In this document: piece by piece, positions 12,640-27,125 of the stretch
Numbering within the stretch: position 1 is the first letter of the stretch
Layout: each line of letters begins with the position of its first letter
Assembly (NCBI GenBank): GCA_964016885.1
Contig: OZ024741.1
Span: 376,836,001-376,900,000 of the forward strand
Direction: 5' to 3'
Source of the DNA: Eledone cirrhosa
Lineage: Eukaryota
DNA: 64,000 nt
Notes under the pieces: generated by a model
What the model was told of the DNA's origin: nothing
Seen by the model: only the letters and a program-made list of their open reading frames with translations
Databases searched by the model: none
Translations under genes and position numbers: made by a program

Positions 12640-14545
12640 TATAGTAATAATCACCTAGACACATATGACCTTAGCAACCTGTGCCCTACAAGACCAGCAA
12701 GAGGTAGACCACCTACCATTACCTCAATGGCCAAGAAAACCCACCCAGTTAGATGAAACGGGTGGACCAGAGCCATACGGACACCCGAAAACCACCATGA
12801 ACTGAAGAAAATGATTGCACATGCGGTAGGGGCCAACATAAAAATAACCCTTAAGGAACATATGTTCAAATTTAATGGAAAAACATATGCCCAAGAGGAA
12901 GGAGCAGCCATTGGGGTTAGCATTGCAGGAGACATAGCTAACTTATTCATGGTATGGTGGGACAGTAGACTTAAACTTAAACTTAAAGAACAATTAGAAG
13001 ACACCTTAACCCTGATAATGTACTCCCGCTACGTTGATGATATACACATCGTAGTTAAGACACCCCCACTAGAGAACAGTCAGGAACTAGAGAAAAAGAC
13101 AATGGAAAGCATCCAGCAAATATCTAACTCCATCCACCAGAGTATTAGAGTTACTATAGACTACCCAAGCAAACACCCCAACCATCGATTACCTGTACTA
13201 GACACAGAGCTCTGGTTAGATACCATTAATAACAAAAAACAAATCCTCCATTCCCATTATTCCAAACCCATGACTTCCAAACATCTGATCCACCGAATCT
13301 CAGCTGTTTCGGACCATACCAAAATCAACATACTGATTGCGGATTTGGTACGGGTGATGAGAAACGTGTCCCGCATGTGCAACCTCGAAGAACTAGAGAG
13401 ACACATACAACACTTCATCCACCGTATGCAGTTCTCTGGTTACAATCAGAGAGATACAATCAGAGTGTATAGAGGAGCCAGAACCAAATGGGAAAAATGG
13501 TAAATAATGACACAAATGGGACCTGCCCCTTGTATAGGAGCAAATTTTGGAATAGAATAGAAAGAACTAGGAATAAGGCTAATAGAATAAATTCATGGTA
13601 TGATAGTAATAAATACCAAACTTGTAATGTTCAGCGATTCAACCCCTAGAGGTGAATTAGCATACAAATTTAGAAGGGCCCTAGATAAACATAAACTCAA
13701 TATTAAGATAGTAGAAAGACCAGGTACCTCCGTAAAAACACTTATTAGCAAGACATACTCTTTTCAAAGACCCCCCTGTATAGATAAGAAATGCATAACC
13801 TGTAAAATACTAACTGTAAAACTAGAAATGTAGTGTATAGCATAAGATGTACTGAAGGACAATGTAGAGACAAAAATATAGTGTACATAGGTGAGACAGC
13901 TCGTAGTGTAGGGGAACGGATAAATGAACACTGGCGAGACCTTCAAGATAGTAAAGAATCATCTGTACTCTACCAACATGCTAAAATAGAACATAAGGGT
14001 AAATTATAGAACATAGAAATAAAAATAGAATCTACACACAGAAAAGACGCAATGTTTAGACAAATCACACAGGCAATAAACATAAAAGAATTACAACCAA
14101 AATTAAATAGAAAATATGAGTGGAACAGCAACATCACAACTTACAATTAAGGACAAAATGAAAACACACACGCACATAGAACAAACAACCAACCGGTAAC
14201 ATGTAAATAAACGAATATAAACACACACAGACACCTGGATGTGGCGCATGCGCAGACTGAGCACACAACACACACACAGAAACAAAATGGCATAGGACAG
14301 AACAAAGGAGAGGCACAAAAACAAAGAAAATAATCCCCAGTCACTGAAGAGGTCACATAATGTGTGACGAAAGAACTTTGACAATATATAAACAACTATC
14401 TGGTTGTGGAACCAACCAACCAACCAGAAATTTATAGATTTATAAATTCCTAAATTTATAAATTTATTATAATAAATTGAAGTGAAAGCGACTGGTGCGT
14501 GTGTTTCTTATTGGCAACATGACCCTCCCAAAGTATAACAATATA
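12640..14545 (+). mobile_element. 5'-truncated PLE (Nematis-like, tentative clade) RT + GIY-YIG with 3' UTR and HHR
   Basis: QEEGAAIGVSIAGDIANLFM, YSRYVDD, LPVLDTELW, HYSKPMTS; downstream frameshifted CITC..VVYSIRC..YIGETARS. The terminus atgaccctcccaaagtataacaata runs into (TA)n. Confidence 0.85.
14340..14382 (+). ncRNA. Minimal type I hammerhead ribozyme
   Basis: GTCA-CTGAAGA-G-GTCACA(TAATG)TGTGAC-GAAA-GAAC-TT-TGAC. Confidence 0.8.
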
Positions 14546-14564
14546 TATATATATATATACATAT

Positions 14565-14750
14565 AATTGTTTCTACTTTTGGCACAAGGCCACCAAACAC
14601 CCAGTTCATTACTGGTACTTTATTTTATCGACCCCGTAAGGAGGAAAGGCAAAGTTAACTTCGGCGGGATTTCAACTCAGACCGTAAAGAGACATAAGCA
14701 TGCTGGAAAGCATGGCGTTCCAATCTCTACCGACACTGCCAATTCACCAA
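14565..14750 (-). mobile_element. tRNA-derived SINE (Meta-domain type)
   Basis: Reverse complement has an A-box (tggcagtgtcgg), a B-box-like gagttgaaatccc and the central gcctttcctccttacggggtcgataaaataaagtaccag. Confidence 0.85.
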
Positions 14751-15023
14751 TGTTTTAGATTAAGAGAAATGTTTCGTCCCTGCTGATATTTAACAAAGAA
14801 AATTTCAAATTTCGACATGATAAATCTTATTATCTGTTCATCACATTTACTTTGTCCTTTAGTATTTTAGGCATCATTATCTTTACCTATATTCTAGCAG
14901 AGTCGGTGGAAATAATGAGGGAAAAAGAAATAATGTACGTTAGTTGATTTAGCTATCCTGATTGAATTGTGTTTCCAGACTGATAGAACGTGATTTGCAA
15001 GCAAATGCATACATACATACACG

Positions 15024-15155
<132 letters not shown>

Positions 15156-15511
15156 GGGTGTACATACATTCAATCATGTGTACGTGAGAATGTTTGCTTT
15201 ACCGATAATCATAGAGTCGTATTAGCTTCACGAATCTCCACCCACTTTTTAGTCAACCTTTCTAAATCATCGTACGGAAAATATCTACTAGCAGCGCCAT
15301 CGTATGCTTAATCGGCACACATACAAATATTAATGATACTAATGACACGGCATGTCACCTACCTTCAGCGACACAAACAATCATACACATTCCTGTATTT
15401 CTATGAAAGTAATTATCGTGATCATCTTCATTTTCTACACGGACACCATTTTCTAGACCGTTAACGTTACTCACATGAAAAGTTTTCATTATTCAACTTG
15501 TACAATATATA

Positions 15512-15672
15512 GAGGCAACGAATTGACAGAATTGTTAGAACGTTGGATAAAATGCTTTATGGTATTCGTTCCAGCTCTCTCCTCTCTGATTTCAAATCCC
15601 ATCGGTGTCAACATTTTTTCTGTCCTCTCGAGGTCGATAAAAATTTACCAGTCTAGTACTGGAGTCGATTAC
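15512..15672 (+). mobile_element. Old tRNA-derived SINE
   Basis: ttgacagaattgttag..gatttcaaatccc..gaggtcgataaaaatttaccag. Confidence 0.55.
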
Positions 15673-15767
15673 TCTTCTATATCTCTTTCTTATTTGCAAT
15701 CGCTCGTATACGTAAAACTGACTCGTCTATGACTCTACTTCGAAAAACTCAGATTACACACACACAC

Positions 15768-15820
<53 letters not shown>

Positions 15821-16249
15821 AAGAGAGAAAGATAGGGAGAGGTAGATAGATAGATAGGTAGTTAGATGTCTGTAATTAAATCAGGACACTGCAGTTTCAA
15901 ACACTATTTCAACACTTCTTTTTACTATTCTTTTATCATTTGTTTTCTTTTCCTTTCACATTTCTTTTTAATTCTTCTCCTCCACTCTGTATTGTCATTT
16001 TATTTCGTACTCCTTTTCTGATGAATGACTAAAATCCGAAGCGTATAGTATACTCATTAGTTTCAGTAATATTCGTCGTTTTATTTTTCTTTGTTCTAAT
16101 TTAATCTGTGTCTGAATGCTGTTAACATTGCATTCTACAGGCACACTATCAATTACATTGTAACTACAGTGAGTTTCATCATGTCCTTAGTGGGTAATTG
16201 TAATGATACCTACACATAACAGGCTTATGCAGCATTCCACATCATTTAT

Positions 16250-17950
16250 CCAGGCTCTATCCGGCACCAAATGTTACATTGGATATATTTTGATTTGATT
16301 CTTTTCACAATACATTTCTGCGCCCCTTCTACAATTTCTACTGTTTCCTACTTTCGTATATAATTTCTCTCGGGCAGCTATTTTTCTGCACAATCAGATT
16401 TATAACCCTTTCGTCGTACAAGTTATGAATCCACATTTCCTCGTCGTTATTTTCTGGACAGTTTCAAAATAGCATTGATAGAATCAATTGTATTTTTAAA
16501 GACTGAAACCTTTAACATATTTCTATTTCAATAATCTGAAACCTAATGAAGGTGATCTTGTTATTCTTGGTATTTCGTTGTTATATTCCTGTTCAATTAT
16601 CGCTCCGTTTCTTTCCTTCTCTGTTTTATTTTCTCTCTCACTCACACTATCTTTCTATAACTTTATGTGTTTATTTATTTCGTTTTTCTTTTGTTCTTTG
16701 TGAATCCATTTCCCTTTAGGTGACACCTCGGATTTCAAGAGTGTTTATAGCAGATATTTTATTCTCTACGGTAGGATTCCTTCCCACTTCTTTCTTTCCT
16801 GATAGCGTGATCGCGTAATGAATATTTTGGCCTCCATTGACTCCCTAAATACTTGTAGGTTTCATCTTATTCTAAATCCTTAATTATTTTCTTCACATCT
16901 ACTTCCAATGAATTTATCCTTGGGAATTTGCATTTCCTGAATATTGCTTCTTCGCACTTTTTCTTTCAAATCCCATTGTTATATCATCTCTGAACTACTT
17001 AATTTTCTTCAAAAGTCCTCCCATATTGCTATCTCTTTTGGATTAGAGTTTCACGTCGTCTATATAAAACACATGGTTTATGGTTGGGTCACTTATTTCG
17101 TAGCCATATTGCATTTGGTTGAGATTGGGTGTCAAATGTAAGAAAATAATACAAACTATGGAACACCAATCACGATGAAAATTACGACAGTTAATGCTTA
17201 TGCTGTTGGAAATTATAGTTCCATCAGATAGTGATTGTAACACGTTTGTATTCCATCGAGACGGTAATTTCAGAAAGTTTGATATAACATTGAGCATTAT
17301 CAGAATATTCGATATGTCAAAGTCCAAAAAGTGGGGAACACTAACAAATACTTTTTTATAGTCCATTTCTTTGTATTTATGACAGTGTTCCAAAGGAATA
17401 CGGCTAATTAGAAGTTAGTCTTTACAGTCGTAAGACCCAGGAGCACAGCCTTTTGCTCAAAAAGGAAACGTTTTTTCGCCCATAAATTTGAAGATTATCT
17501 AAGTCAAAGACAAGGGGTTAGATTTGTACGATGTTGAAAGCTAGGTGCTAGATCGATGATGTTGGAATATTTCATTCTGTTGATTTCGGCAAGAGATATT
17601 TTATATAACTTGTACAAACCTATCCAGAAGTTTTTCGGGTAATGCATAATTTAGTTATAAAATTACAACCAACGTATCATGGGTAGTTCTTAGAGAATAT
17701 AAGCAAAGTTCCGGTACTTTATTAAATACAGAGGTTTAAAATGTGTCTTTCATTAGTGATAATTCAATTTCTTCTATAGTTGTCTTGCAAAGTCTGATTT
17801 TCAAAAACAACCAATGTTCTTTATCCATTCTGCATTCTGATTATGAGATGTTTCTATATTTTACATTGTTTTCATAAATCTCATGAGTTGAAGGGGGTTT
17901 CTTTAATCGGACTGTCTGAGACCCAAGTTTCTTGTAAACTCTATTAGCAT
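16250..17950 (-). pseudogene. Decayed R4/Dong-like non-LTR retrotransposon RT
   Basis: Minus-strand remnants HNQNAEWIK, (EQK)GCAPGSYDCKD*LLI, DYKKVFVSVPH, YGYEISDPTINHVFYIDDVKL, matching the RT motif order of RLE-type elements; many stops. Confidence 0.6.
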
Positions 17951-18734
17951 ATGACAAATAACTTATTTTGCCCGTGAAATATGTTTCGCATTTCAAACCT
18001 TCTGATTATTTGAACATTCAGCTGCAATATTTGTTTCGGCGTTTCTTTGGTAAATGGAATAACATGCTTTGAGGTTTCTGAAGCTAATTTTATTTCTAAA
18101 TCACCTTTCTGCACATGTCTTGATCTGTCAGATGTCCCAACATATATATCAGGCATGATCGATATTCCATGCCTCATTCTTGATCTTTACATCCTTTTTA
18201 TCACTCAATTCTTCATAGATTTACAAGATTGTGTAAATGCATATTTGATCTCTTATTTAGATTGCATTCCTTCCTTCGCGAAAATAATTTAACATGTGTT
18301 CAGATGGTTTGCCTAATAAATATTACAATGTATCCATTATATTATATTCCCCTCGGGTTCATTTGATAGATTTGATTTCTTTGTGCGATGTTAATTCTGG
18401 AGTGCTTTGATTGAGATTACTCTCGTTCAAGTAACCATTTAAGTCTTTGCAGAAGAGCTTGTTTCCGTAGCACACCTTTCAACCATAGAATCATTCCTCT
18501 ATAAAAGATGCGGTCCATGTTTACCCGGGTGACGATCGACCCAGTATGTGGACATGATTGTTTTGCGTTTTATACTGTATCGCCAAGGAGTAAAGTTGTT
18601 CAAGATAGATCGACTATCAACCATGTTTGAAAAGAACACCTTGCCCATGACACACGTCTAAACCCCACTGGACGTTAACGTGGCATTGCGGATTGGCAGA
18701 TTGACATACGGATTGACATGCTTTGAGGCATAGA

Positions 18735-18870
18735 GGTATGATCCTTTACGTTCTGATTTCAAATCCCGCCGAGGTTAACTTTGCCTTTCATCCTTACAGG
18801 GTCGATAAAATAAAGTACCAGTAATCCACTGAGGTAATTGCTGATCTTGTGCCTAAAGTAGAAATAATTA
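18735..18870 (+). mobile_element. tRNA-derived SINE (Meta-domain type)
   Basis: ttcaaatcccgccgaggttaactttgcctttcatccttacagggtcgataaaataaagtaccag. Confidence 0.8.
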
Positions 18871-18909
18871 TTATTATCATAGTGATTACTATTATGTTTA
18901 GTTTGTATA

Positions 18910-18976
<67 letters not shown>

Positions 18977-19028
18977 TGTAGTAGTAGTAGTAGCAGTAGC
19001 AGCAGCAGCAGCCGCAGCAGCGGCAGCA
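18910..19028. repeat. (TAG)n/(CAG)n trinucleotide microsatellite
   Basis: Seen directly. Confidence 0.95.
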
Positions 19029-22000
19029 TGAATGTGAGGTGGTAGTGGGAGGTAAAGTGTATGCCGTAACAAAAATACAGGATAGCATTCTCTGGTATTT
19101 ATAGATGTGTAAAACAATGTTGTGCGTAATGTTGAATTCAATGCTAATTTATAGTCTGAGATTGCGTTGTCAATTTTGTCTTGGCTAAAATATGATGTGG
19201 CATACGTAATTATGGCGATTTACAACTATTGTCTGAAACGGAGATGTTGACGGCAGTAAAACAAAATTAACCGTCGATGTGCAGCAAAAGAGCTGCAGTT
19301 ATAGCAATTTATGAATATAGACGAGCAGCGAGTAAACTGACTAAACGTTAAACAAACCATGATAATAGTAATTGAATCAACTCTGTTTAGTATAATAGCT
19401 TTGTAACCTGATAATTTGAGAGTTAGCCAAATAACAGGGTAGTGTATTTTTTTCCAAATAATAAATGCTTTAATGAGAGGTTGCAAATTACGTTGAATGT
19501 ATACAGGATGGCGCAATGCGAAAATACGTTTAATGATATTGTTTAAAATAGAATACTTTATGGCATTTAACATTTTGAAAATTTAATCATCACGTAATAG
19601 CGTCACTAACAATTTCGCTTGTCAGTTTAAACCTTTTGATGCTAGTGTTGCATCCCATCGATTTATACTAATGTATTCCCATGCAGAATATAAAATGATC
19701 GTGAAGCATTTGCTGGTGAAGAGATACACACTTATATCCTAGATATCGTTAGAATATAGAAGAAGGTATATTTCATTGCAGTTCTAAGATGCTTTCCGGC
19801 AGCTTGGATCAGTAATAATGAGTAGAGGATATTTAAAGTGCGATCACTAGAGTTTTAAATACAATTTATTATCAATTACTGAACAGATTAAACTTTAAAT
19901 AGTAATCATGTGTCATTATTTATTACTCTAAAGCTTTTGATTTAAATACCGGTGATGTGGTCGTCTACTCTGCTAAGTACTATTACTGTAAATGCCTATT
20001 GTGTTATAAGATATCTGAAAGGAACACATTTGAAATCATTTATAATGGCTATAGTTGTAAGCAGTGTTCATCGATTTTTCTTAGCGATGGGTGGATGTAA
20101 GATAGCGGACATGTACCCGTAAATATATATGTATATTCTCTTAACGGAATATAATATAATGGCAGATATATATTACATCACAATTAAATTTGATTTCAAA
20201 AGACTTCTTTAAATTATTCCTTTTCTGTTTCCCTAGGAGTAGGGATGATTTGATTACGGATATATTTGATTAGGGATCAAAATGTTTGGAATCGTACACA
20301 AAGCCGAAATCAATATTTGCTGGAGAACAGAGTACATAGACAGGATAGTAGGAAACTCGAGCAAAATTAGTAAAATACAACCAGGTTAATTTTACTTTTA
20401 ATCATTTCGCAATTGAGGAGGCAATTGCGTGTAATATACGTGCTTTAATATAAATATGTTTAAAAGGAAGAATTGATATGCCTTAATATGAAATATATAT
20501 CAATATCCAGTGTTATTTTACCATGAAAGCAATAGTCGTAATGACGGGAGGCATTTATGTTTTTGCATATAAATATTAACCACAGAGCTGTACTGAATGC
20601 ACTACCATTTCAAGCATCCGTAGCGCACAACTGACTGTTACAGGATAAAGATGCGTACGCTATTCAGGATGGAATTGATGTACATGGTACAAAACATGAT
20701 TCAAAGATAAAAGAAGAACCACCCATATATTTGTAAAATTATACAGTATGCAAATAATAGTATGATAATCTATCATACGCTACTACCATAGCAAGAGTTA
20801 GAAAAGCGTTTTTCGTTTCATTTATGAAATGTAAACTTACGGTCATTAACTAAGCGCTATATCAACACATGAAGTATTTCTGTGTTGATGGAATTACTCT
20901 GAGAACTGAACATGTACATACGCATTATCACAGTTCAAAATCGAATGGCGGATAACGTGGAAGCTTTCATAATTTTTATTTGGTTAAACACATAAACAAA
21001 AAGAAAGCCGCATTGGAAAGGACTGTAAAGGTCATAAATGGAAGGAAAAAGGATCGGAAGATCAAGGACTATAGATAAAGGAAGAATGAAGGGAGGAAGG
21101 GGAGAGGGTGATAGAAACTACTAGCATCAGGTAAAAGACCATCAGCAAAGCTTTCTTGTCAACTCGCTTTTATAGAGCCTTTAACCAGGTTTTATACAGA
21201 ACATTAGCAAAGAAAACACATACATTCAGATGAGACATGCACTTAATCTCGTGGAATGTTTTGAGGGGCATTTTCTCAGTAGTGAGATATCAAGGCTGTT
21301 AAATTTGCAAAAATGGGGAGGATGTGTGAAGGAAAGAAATCCTATGTTGGAAAGGATGACGAATGCCAAAATTGTGAAAATTGATATTTTAAACCAAAAT
21401 GAACCTGAATGCCATATATGATGTTGGGGAATACGCCTAGCTTGTTCGTTTAACGTAAATAGATATATGATAAGGAAAACAAAGTTCATATCCCAATAGT
21501 GTCATTTAAATAACTATAAAGGAACACATCGCCAGTTGTTGAAAGTAGCCAAGATAAAGAGGAAGAGACAAAGATAGGGAGAGATGAGAGAGAGCAACTC
21601 AGATTGGGAGAGAAGCTGGATACTATGCCCATTTGAATTTGCATGTTTGTCTTTGTGGTGTCAGTCATGTTATGAATATCACCTAAATGGCTTTCCAGCA
21701 ATGTCTTGATGGAAATATAGATATCGTAACACACAGATTCAATAATATAATATACTAAGTCTGAAGGTATTGGAGGGATTGCAAACGCTGGACAGGAGAG
21801 AACTCCTGACAGGATACTCCACTGTCTTCACTACGCATCACACAACTGCTTTGTCTGTAATGTAACAAATAGTGAAACTTATGCTGGGCGCAAAATCTTG
21901 TATCTCCCTATCACTCCTGCACATTCTCTGTTGAAGGCGGTATTGTAAAAAGACAGCAAACAACCCTCGCTACAAGAGAAAATGGTTACAATGAGGCAGA

Positions 22001-22473
22001 TGAAGGTTGTCCCCACAACCATCTTGGGTGCGGTAGCAATTTAGTTTGGCTATTGCCTTATATAATGCTTTGTAAATCAGTTATTTGTTTGATTGACAGC
22101 TGATAAATAAAGACACACTTTACGTTGATGGACAAAAAACTGGCAGACAAACATAATGAGCAATTTAACAGTTTATGTATATTTAACGGTTTATGAAAAA
22201 TGTGGTGCATTTTATGGCTGTAGTCAAAGTCTAAATCAGAATGTTTCGTAAAAAATTGTTTTCTTCTATTTAATTTTGTTTTAATGCCTATCTCATTTTG
22301 TAGTTTATTGCGATAAAATAGATGCCATTCTAAAATTCGACTTTTAGGCATACAAATATTTAATTTGAAATAATTTTGTTTTATGCGAGCTTTTATTATT
22401 CTGTATACAGAATGATATATATTTGTATGTTATATATATATATATTTACATGTTTTTGTATATATATACATAT

Positions 22474-22524
22474 AACGAATATTGCAACAAGAACATATTA
22501 AATATTAACTGACATCGCATATAC

Positions 22525-22573
<49 letters not shown>

Positions 22574-22626
22574 CGTGTATATGGGCTGTCAGTTAATATT
22601 TAATATGTTCTTGTTGCAATCTTCGT
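22474..22626. repeat. Small inverted repeat (about 52 bp arms) around a (TA)n spacer
   Basis: acgaatattgcaacaagaacatattaaatattaactgaca..atatacac / gtgtatat..tgtcagttaatatttaatatgttcttgttgcaatcttcgt. Confidence 0.8.
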
Positions 22627-22891
22627 CAGGCTACGTTTCTAAAATGAAATATGTTCTGTGTAAGCAAGTTATGTTGCAGCAGATCGATATTAAAGTTGAT
22701 TACAGTAGCGCTGTGGTAGAGTGTTTCAATTATTGTACCACCCATATCCCGTACACAGTTTAACAGTCTGGAAAATCCTCAATACGTTGTACTATGCTAT
22801 TCGGAGAGTAGATTAGAACACAAAGAAAGCAAAATAGTTGAATTGAGCTTAGATTTTTAGGTCCATATGCTTGCCTCAAGAGTTCATATAG

Positions 22892-22971
<80 letters not shown>

Positions 22972-24149
22972 CATATATGCGTGTGTGTGTGTGCGCGCGT
23001 GTGAATGTGTGTGTGCGCGTGCGTGAGTGTGTTAGGGTCTATGTGTGTGTCTGTGGGCGTAGAGTTGTATCTGTATATAGACAGATACAAGTAATCGAGA
23101 CTGCAAAAATGTGTATATAAATCTACATAGTAATACTATATAGACATACAAACACCACACCTTTATATATATCCATATACTTTGGTATAAATACCTTTAT
23201 TTGATCTTCAGAACAAATTGTGGCCCTCATCAGTAGGTTTGAATATTATCATAACAAGCAAAAAAAATAATAGCCGAGCAGTTTATATACACTATCTCTT
23301 TAATCAATATCCTGAAATGATCGTACGAATTGGTATATTATTAATGCTCTTGATGATAGTCGAACAGTTGAAGTTAAAATATAGATTTATCTGTATATAT
23401 ATATATATATATATATCGGGGTTGATATAATCGATCATATCGATCGTTTAAAGGAATGGCCCTGTGTCTTAACTAGAAAAAGTTATGACTTGTTAAATCG
23501 TGTTTATGCATTATATCGCTCTGTAGGTTTGTTGCTTCTTTACCTAATTTGATAATATTGTTTATATTATATTGTTGCTGAACGGGTTCATGTTTTAATT
23601 TACTGAAGATAGAACAAAAATTCCCTTCAACTTAGATTGAAGGTAAATTAGGGCATAAACGAACAAAACAGGTTGGAATTTCTAACCAAGATTATGGACA
23701 ATATGTAAAATTCCCTTGCGTGACAGTGAGGTCTGTGTGCTTAACAGTTCGGATCCACTGAAGTCTGCAGCAATCAACCCTGTCAGACATGCGTACTGAA
23801 TGTCAAAACCGTTCCGCAAGGGATTGGTTCTATCTATGTATTGCCAGTTCATTATAGACAGGCAATGAAGTTCAGTAAGAAATATCAGTCGTAGAGTACA
23901 TATAGTTCTGTAAACTGTTATATATATGTATTGCAACTAAAGTTTCATAGTAATATTTCAAAAATTATTAAAAGTCAGTATTTTCTAAATATTGTAAGCA
24001 ATTATTTAGAGATACTCTATGGGTAATAACCCCTTGAATCAGGTTTATATTCTTTGAAAAAAGAGTTGATTTCAAAGTAATAATATTATTTCGCAATATG
24101 CTTTATTAATTTTCTTCTTACATACCAACTCTGATGCAGTCACACACAT

Positions 24150-24311
<162 letters not shown>

Positions 24312-24351
24312 TAAATGAATCACATGAATCAAAGTTCTGTTCAAACCATTT

Positions 24352-24403
24352 ATTAGCTTACAATTGTTTCGTCCAAACCGAGGTTCGATGTCTTCGGAGC
24401 AAT
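24352..24403 (-). ncRNA. Hammerhead-like motif, C4 core variant
   Basis: ATTGCT-CCGAAGA-CATCGAAC(CTCG)GTTTGGAC-GAAA-CAATTG-TA-AGCTAAT. Confidence 0.6.
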
Positions 24404-24684
24404 TTTTCAATGATTGTTTACATACATGACCTCCTTTCCAACACAGAGACATCCAGAAAGATATGTATATATCGATGCACATTGGGGTGACATCCATTAT
24501 AATATTTTAGCATGGCAATTTACATTCAAAAATTAAAATCATATTAAAAGAAAATTAAAACAAAATTAAAGTTAAAATACATCAGCTATTTACGAAGATA
24601 ATGCAAGAGGATAGTTTGAAGTAGTTAGTGTATGCAATAGTTGCACGTGGGGCATGCACGTGTGTCTTATTTATATAAGATTAA

Positions 24685-24834
24685 TTGTTTCTACTTTTGG
24701 CACAAGGCCAGCAATTATCCAGTGCATTACTGGTACTTTATTTTATCGACCCCGTAAGGATGAAAGGCAAAGTTAACCTCGGCGGGATTTGAACTCAAAC
24801 CATAAAGGGGCGTAACTCTTTGCTGCAAAGCATT
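24685..24834 (-). mobile_element. tRNA-derived SINE inserted in the left arm of the inverted repeat
   Basis: Meta-type core; absent at the matching point of the right arm (near 26328). Confidence 0.85.
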
Positions 24835-26612
24835 GCGGCAAGGTGTTATATGCAATACAAGCACTTTAAGCGGGTAAACAAGAGTATTATGGGGGTTGTA
24901 CTGATAAAGTATGTTTTATGTATGACAAAGAAGCTTGTGTGCAGAGAAATATTAAAAATGAGAAGCAAAATAATGTTATGGTTTTCGTATACACCACCAT
25001 CTTCATAATCCAGGAAACGTAATATATAGATTATATGTCCTTCACATAATTCACGATGATTCAGTATTCGAAGCTTGATGTATTAGGGTAGATTATTACA
25101 GCATGTTGTTCTTTAATCCAATTTCATAGAGCAGGTTGTTTTGTTGCGAGAATTTACATAGTTTTATTTTCCGGAAATATGCGTTTGATTAAGGGGAGTT
25201 AATACATTAGGGCACACATTACACCACAACTCCACACTCAATGATCCACCCTATCTTAACACAATTAGTGACATGTATCTAAAACCTTTTACCCTAGAAT
25301 TATTCCCATGTACATCTACTTTTAGTATAATTGCCTTCAATTACTTAGACTACATTACACCACTATATAATTAAATGTAAACTTTAAATACTGAATTGTT
25401 TGTGCTATTGTTGTTCTATGTAAGGAGTGCTATCATTGGATAAATAGAAGATTAATTTATTAACATAAAAGAGCTATATAACCTATATGTTGAGTACAAT
25501 GAATAATGTACAAGTGGTATATGAGTTATACATACATGTATGACTTGATAGACAGATTAATGACATTGTAAGTGAGAATTGCTCTCTGAGATATTTAACT
25601 TTGCCATGCAATCAGACATGCGCTGACCCAGAGCTTACCAGGGGTTGTATATAGACGTAGTTCTAATAAAACCCTGCCAGGTTCTGTGGGTAGACTACAT
25701 TTACAAAGATCATTGATTTGGAGATCCGACTCTTCATGTCGAATATTCAGTGGTGGCACTCTATGATAGAGGGTAATCATCCTAATATGGATACCTTTAG
25801 TACTTCTTAATAGAGTAGACTGTAATTTAAAGATATGATACTTAAATCTAGAAACTGTTTATAACCATATATGTTAGGGACTCAATTGGGACACCGTTTA
25901 ATGTACATTGGAATAATAAATTTAGTTATAGAAATCAGCTAGTTACCTCCCCTTACGCATTAACTCCCCTTAATCACACACATACTTCCGGAAAATAAAA
26001 CGATGTAAATTCTCGCAACAAAAACACCCTGCTCTATAAAATTGGATTAAAGAACAACATGCTGTAATAATCTAACCTAATACATCAAGCTTCCAATATT
26101 GAATCATCGTGAATTATGTGAAAGACATATAATCTATATATTACGTTTCCTGGATTGTGAAAATGGTGGTGTATACGAAAACCATAACATTATTTTGCTT
26201 CTCATTTTTAATATTTCTCTGCACACAAGCTTCTTTATCATACATAAAACATACTTTACCAGTACAACCCCCATAATACTCTTGTTTACCGCTTAAAGTG
26301 CTTGTATTGCATATAACACCTTGCCGCACATTAATCTTATATAAATAAGATACACGTGCATGCCCCACGTGTAACTATTGCATACACTAACTACTTCAAA
26401 CTATCCGCTTGCATTATCTTCGTAAACAGCCGATGTATTTTAACTTTAATTTTGTTTTAATTTTCTTTTAATATGATTTTAATTTTTGAATGTAAATTGC
26501 CATGCTAAAATATTATAATGGAAGTCACCCCACTGTGCATCGATATATACATATCTTTCTGGATGTCTCTTGTGCTGGAAAGGAGGTCATGTAAGTAAAC
26601 AATCATTGAAAA

Positions 26613-26664
26613 ATTGCTCCGAAGACACCGAACCTCGGTTTGGACGAAACAATTGTAAGCTAAT
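26613..26664 (+). ncRNA. Hammerhead-like motif, C4 core variant
   Basis: ATTGCT-CCGAAGA-CACCGAAC(CTCG)GTTTGGAC-GAAA-CAATTG-TA-AGCTAAT, overlapping AATAAA. Confidence 0.62.
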
Positions 26665-26899
26665 AAATGGTTTGAACAGAACTTTGATTCATGTGATTTC
26701 TATATAACTGCTCTGTAGAACAACTGATGTTATTACATTGAGCTATATATCTTACTGGTAATAAGGTAGTAATAAATTACTGTCTTTCACTGTTTAGGGT
26801 TTAAAATATATACAACTATAAAAAGTTTTAGTATATACATAACCATAAATAGTATCCTTAATACTATATATATATACTTACATATGTATATTTATATAT

Positions 26900-27046
26900 G
26901 TATATACTATATGAAGATATACATACAAATATATATATATAATATAGAAATGGCTTCTACAGAAATGAACTGTTTCATTCGAAGGAAATCATCGGGAAAT
27001 AGGGATTTCCCTCGGACGAAACAGTTCATTTCCTGTAGAAGAACTT

Positions 27047-27085
<39 letters not shown>

Positions 27086-27125
27086 TAGATATATATATGT
27101 ATGTATATCTTCATATAGTATATAT
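26900..27125. repeat. Hairpin/foldback element in (TA)n
   Basis: tatagaaa..ttctacagaaatgaactgtttc mirrors gaaacagttcatttcctgtagaa..tttctata. Outer tactatatgaagatatacatac mirrors gtatgtatatcttcatatagta. Confidence 0.75.

Larger units (their letters stand above)
24318..26699. mobile_element. Large inverted-repeat (pLTR-type) non-coding insertion with about 750 bp arms, each carrying an HHR
   Basis: 24318-25213 mirrors 25950-26699, except for a SINE present only in the left arm. Confidence 0.88.

Noticed and set aside
20237-20385. Exon-like segment (polypyrimidine-TAG ... CAG|GTTAAT)
   Set aside because: Stops in all three frames; no evidence without RNA-seq.
26960-27005. Minus-strand CCGATGA-TTTC(CTTC)GAAT-GAAA
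   Set aside because: Core-like, but no stem I pairing could be drawn.
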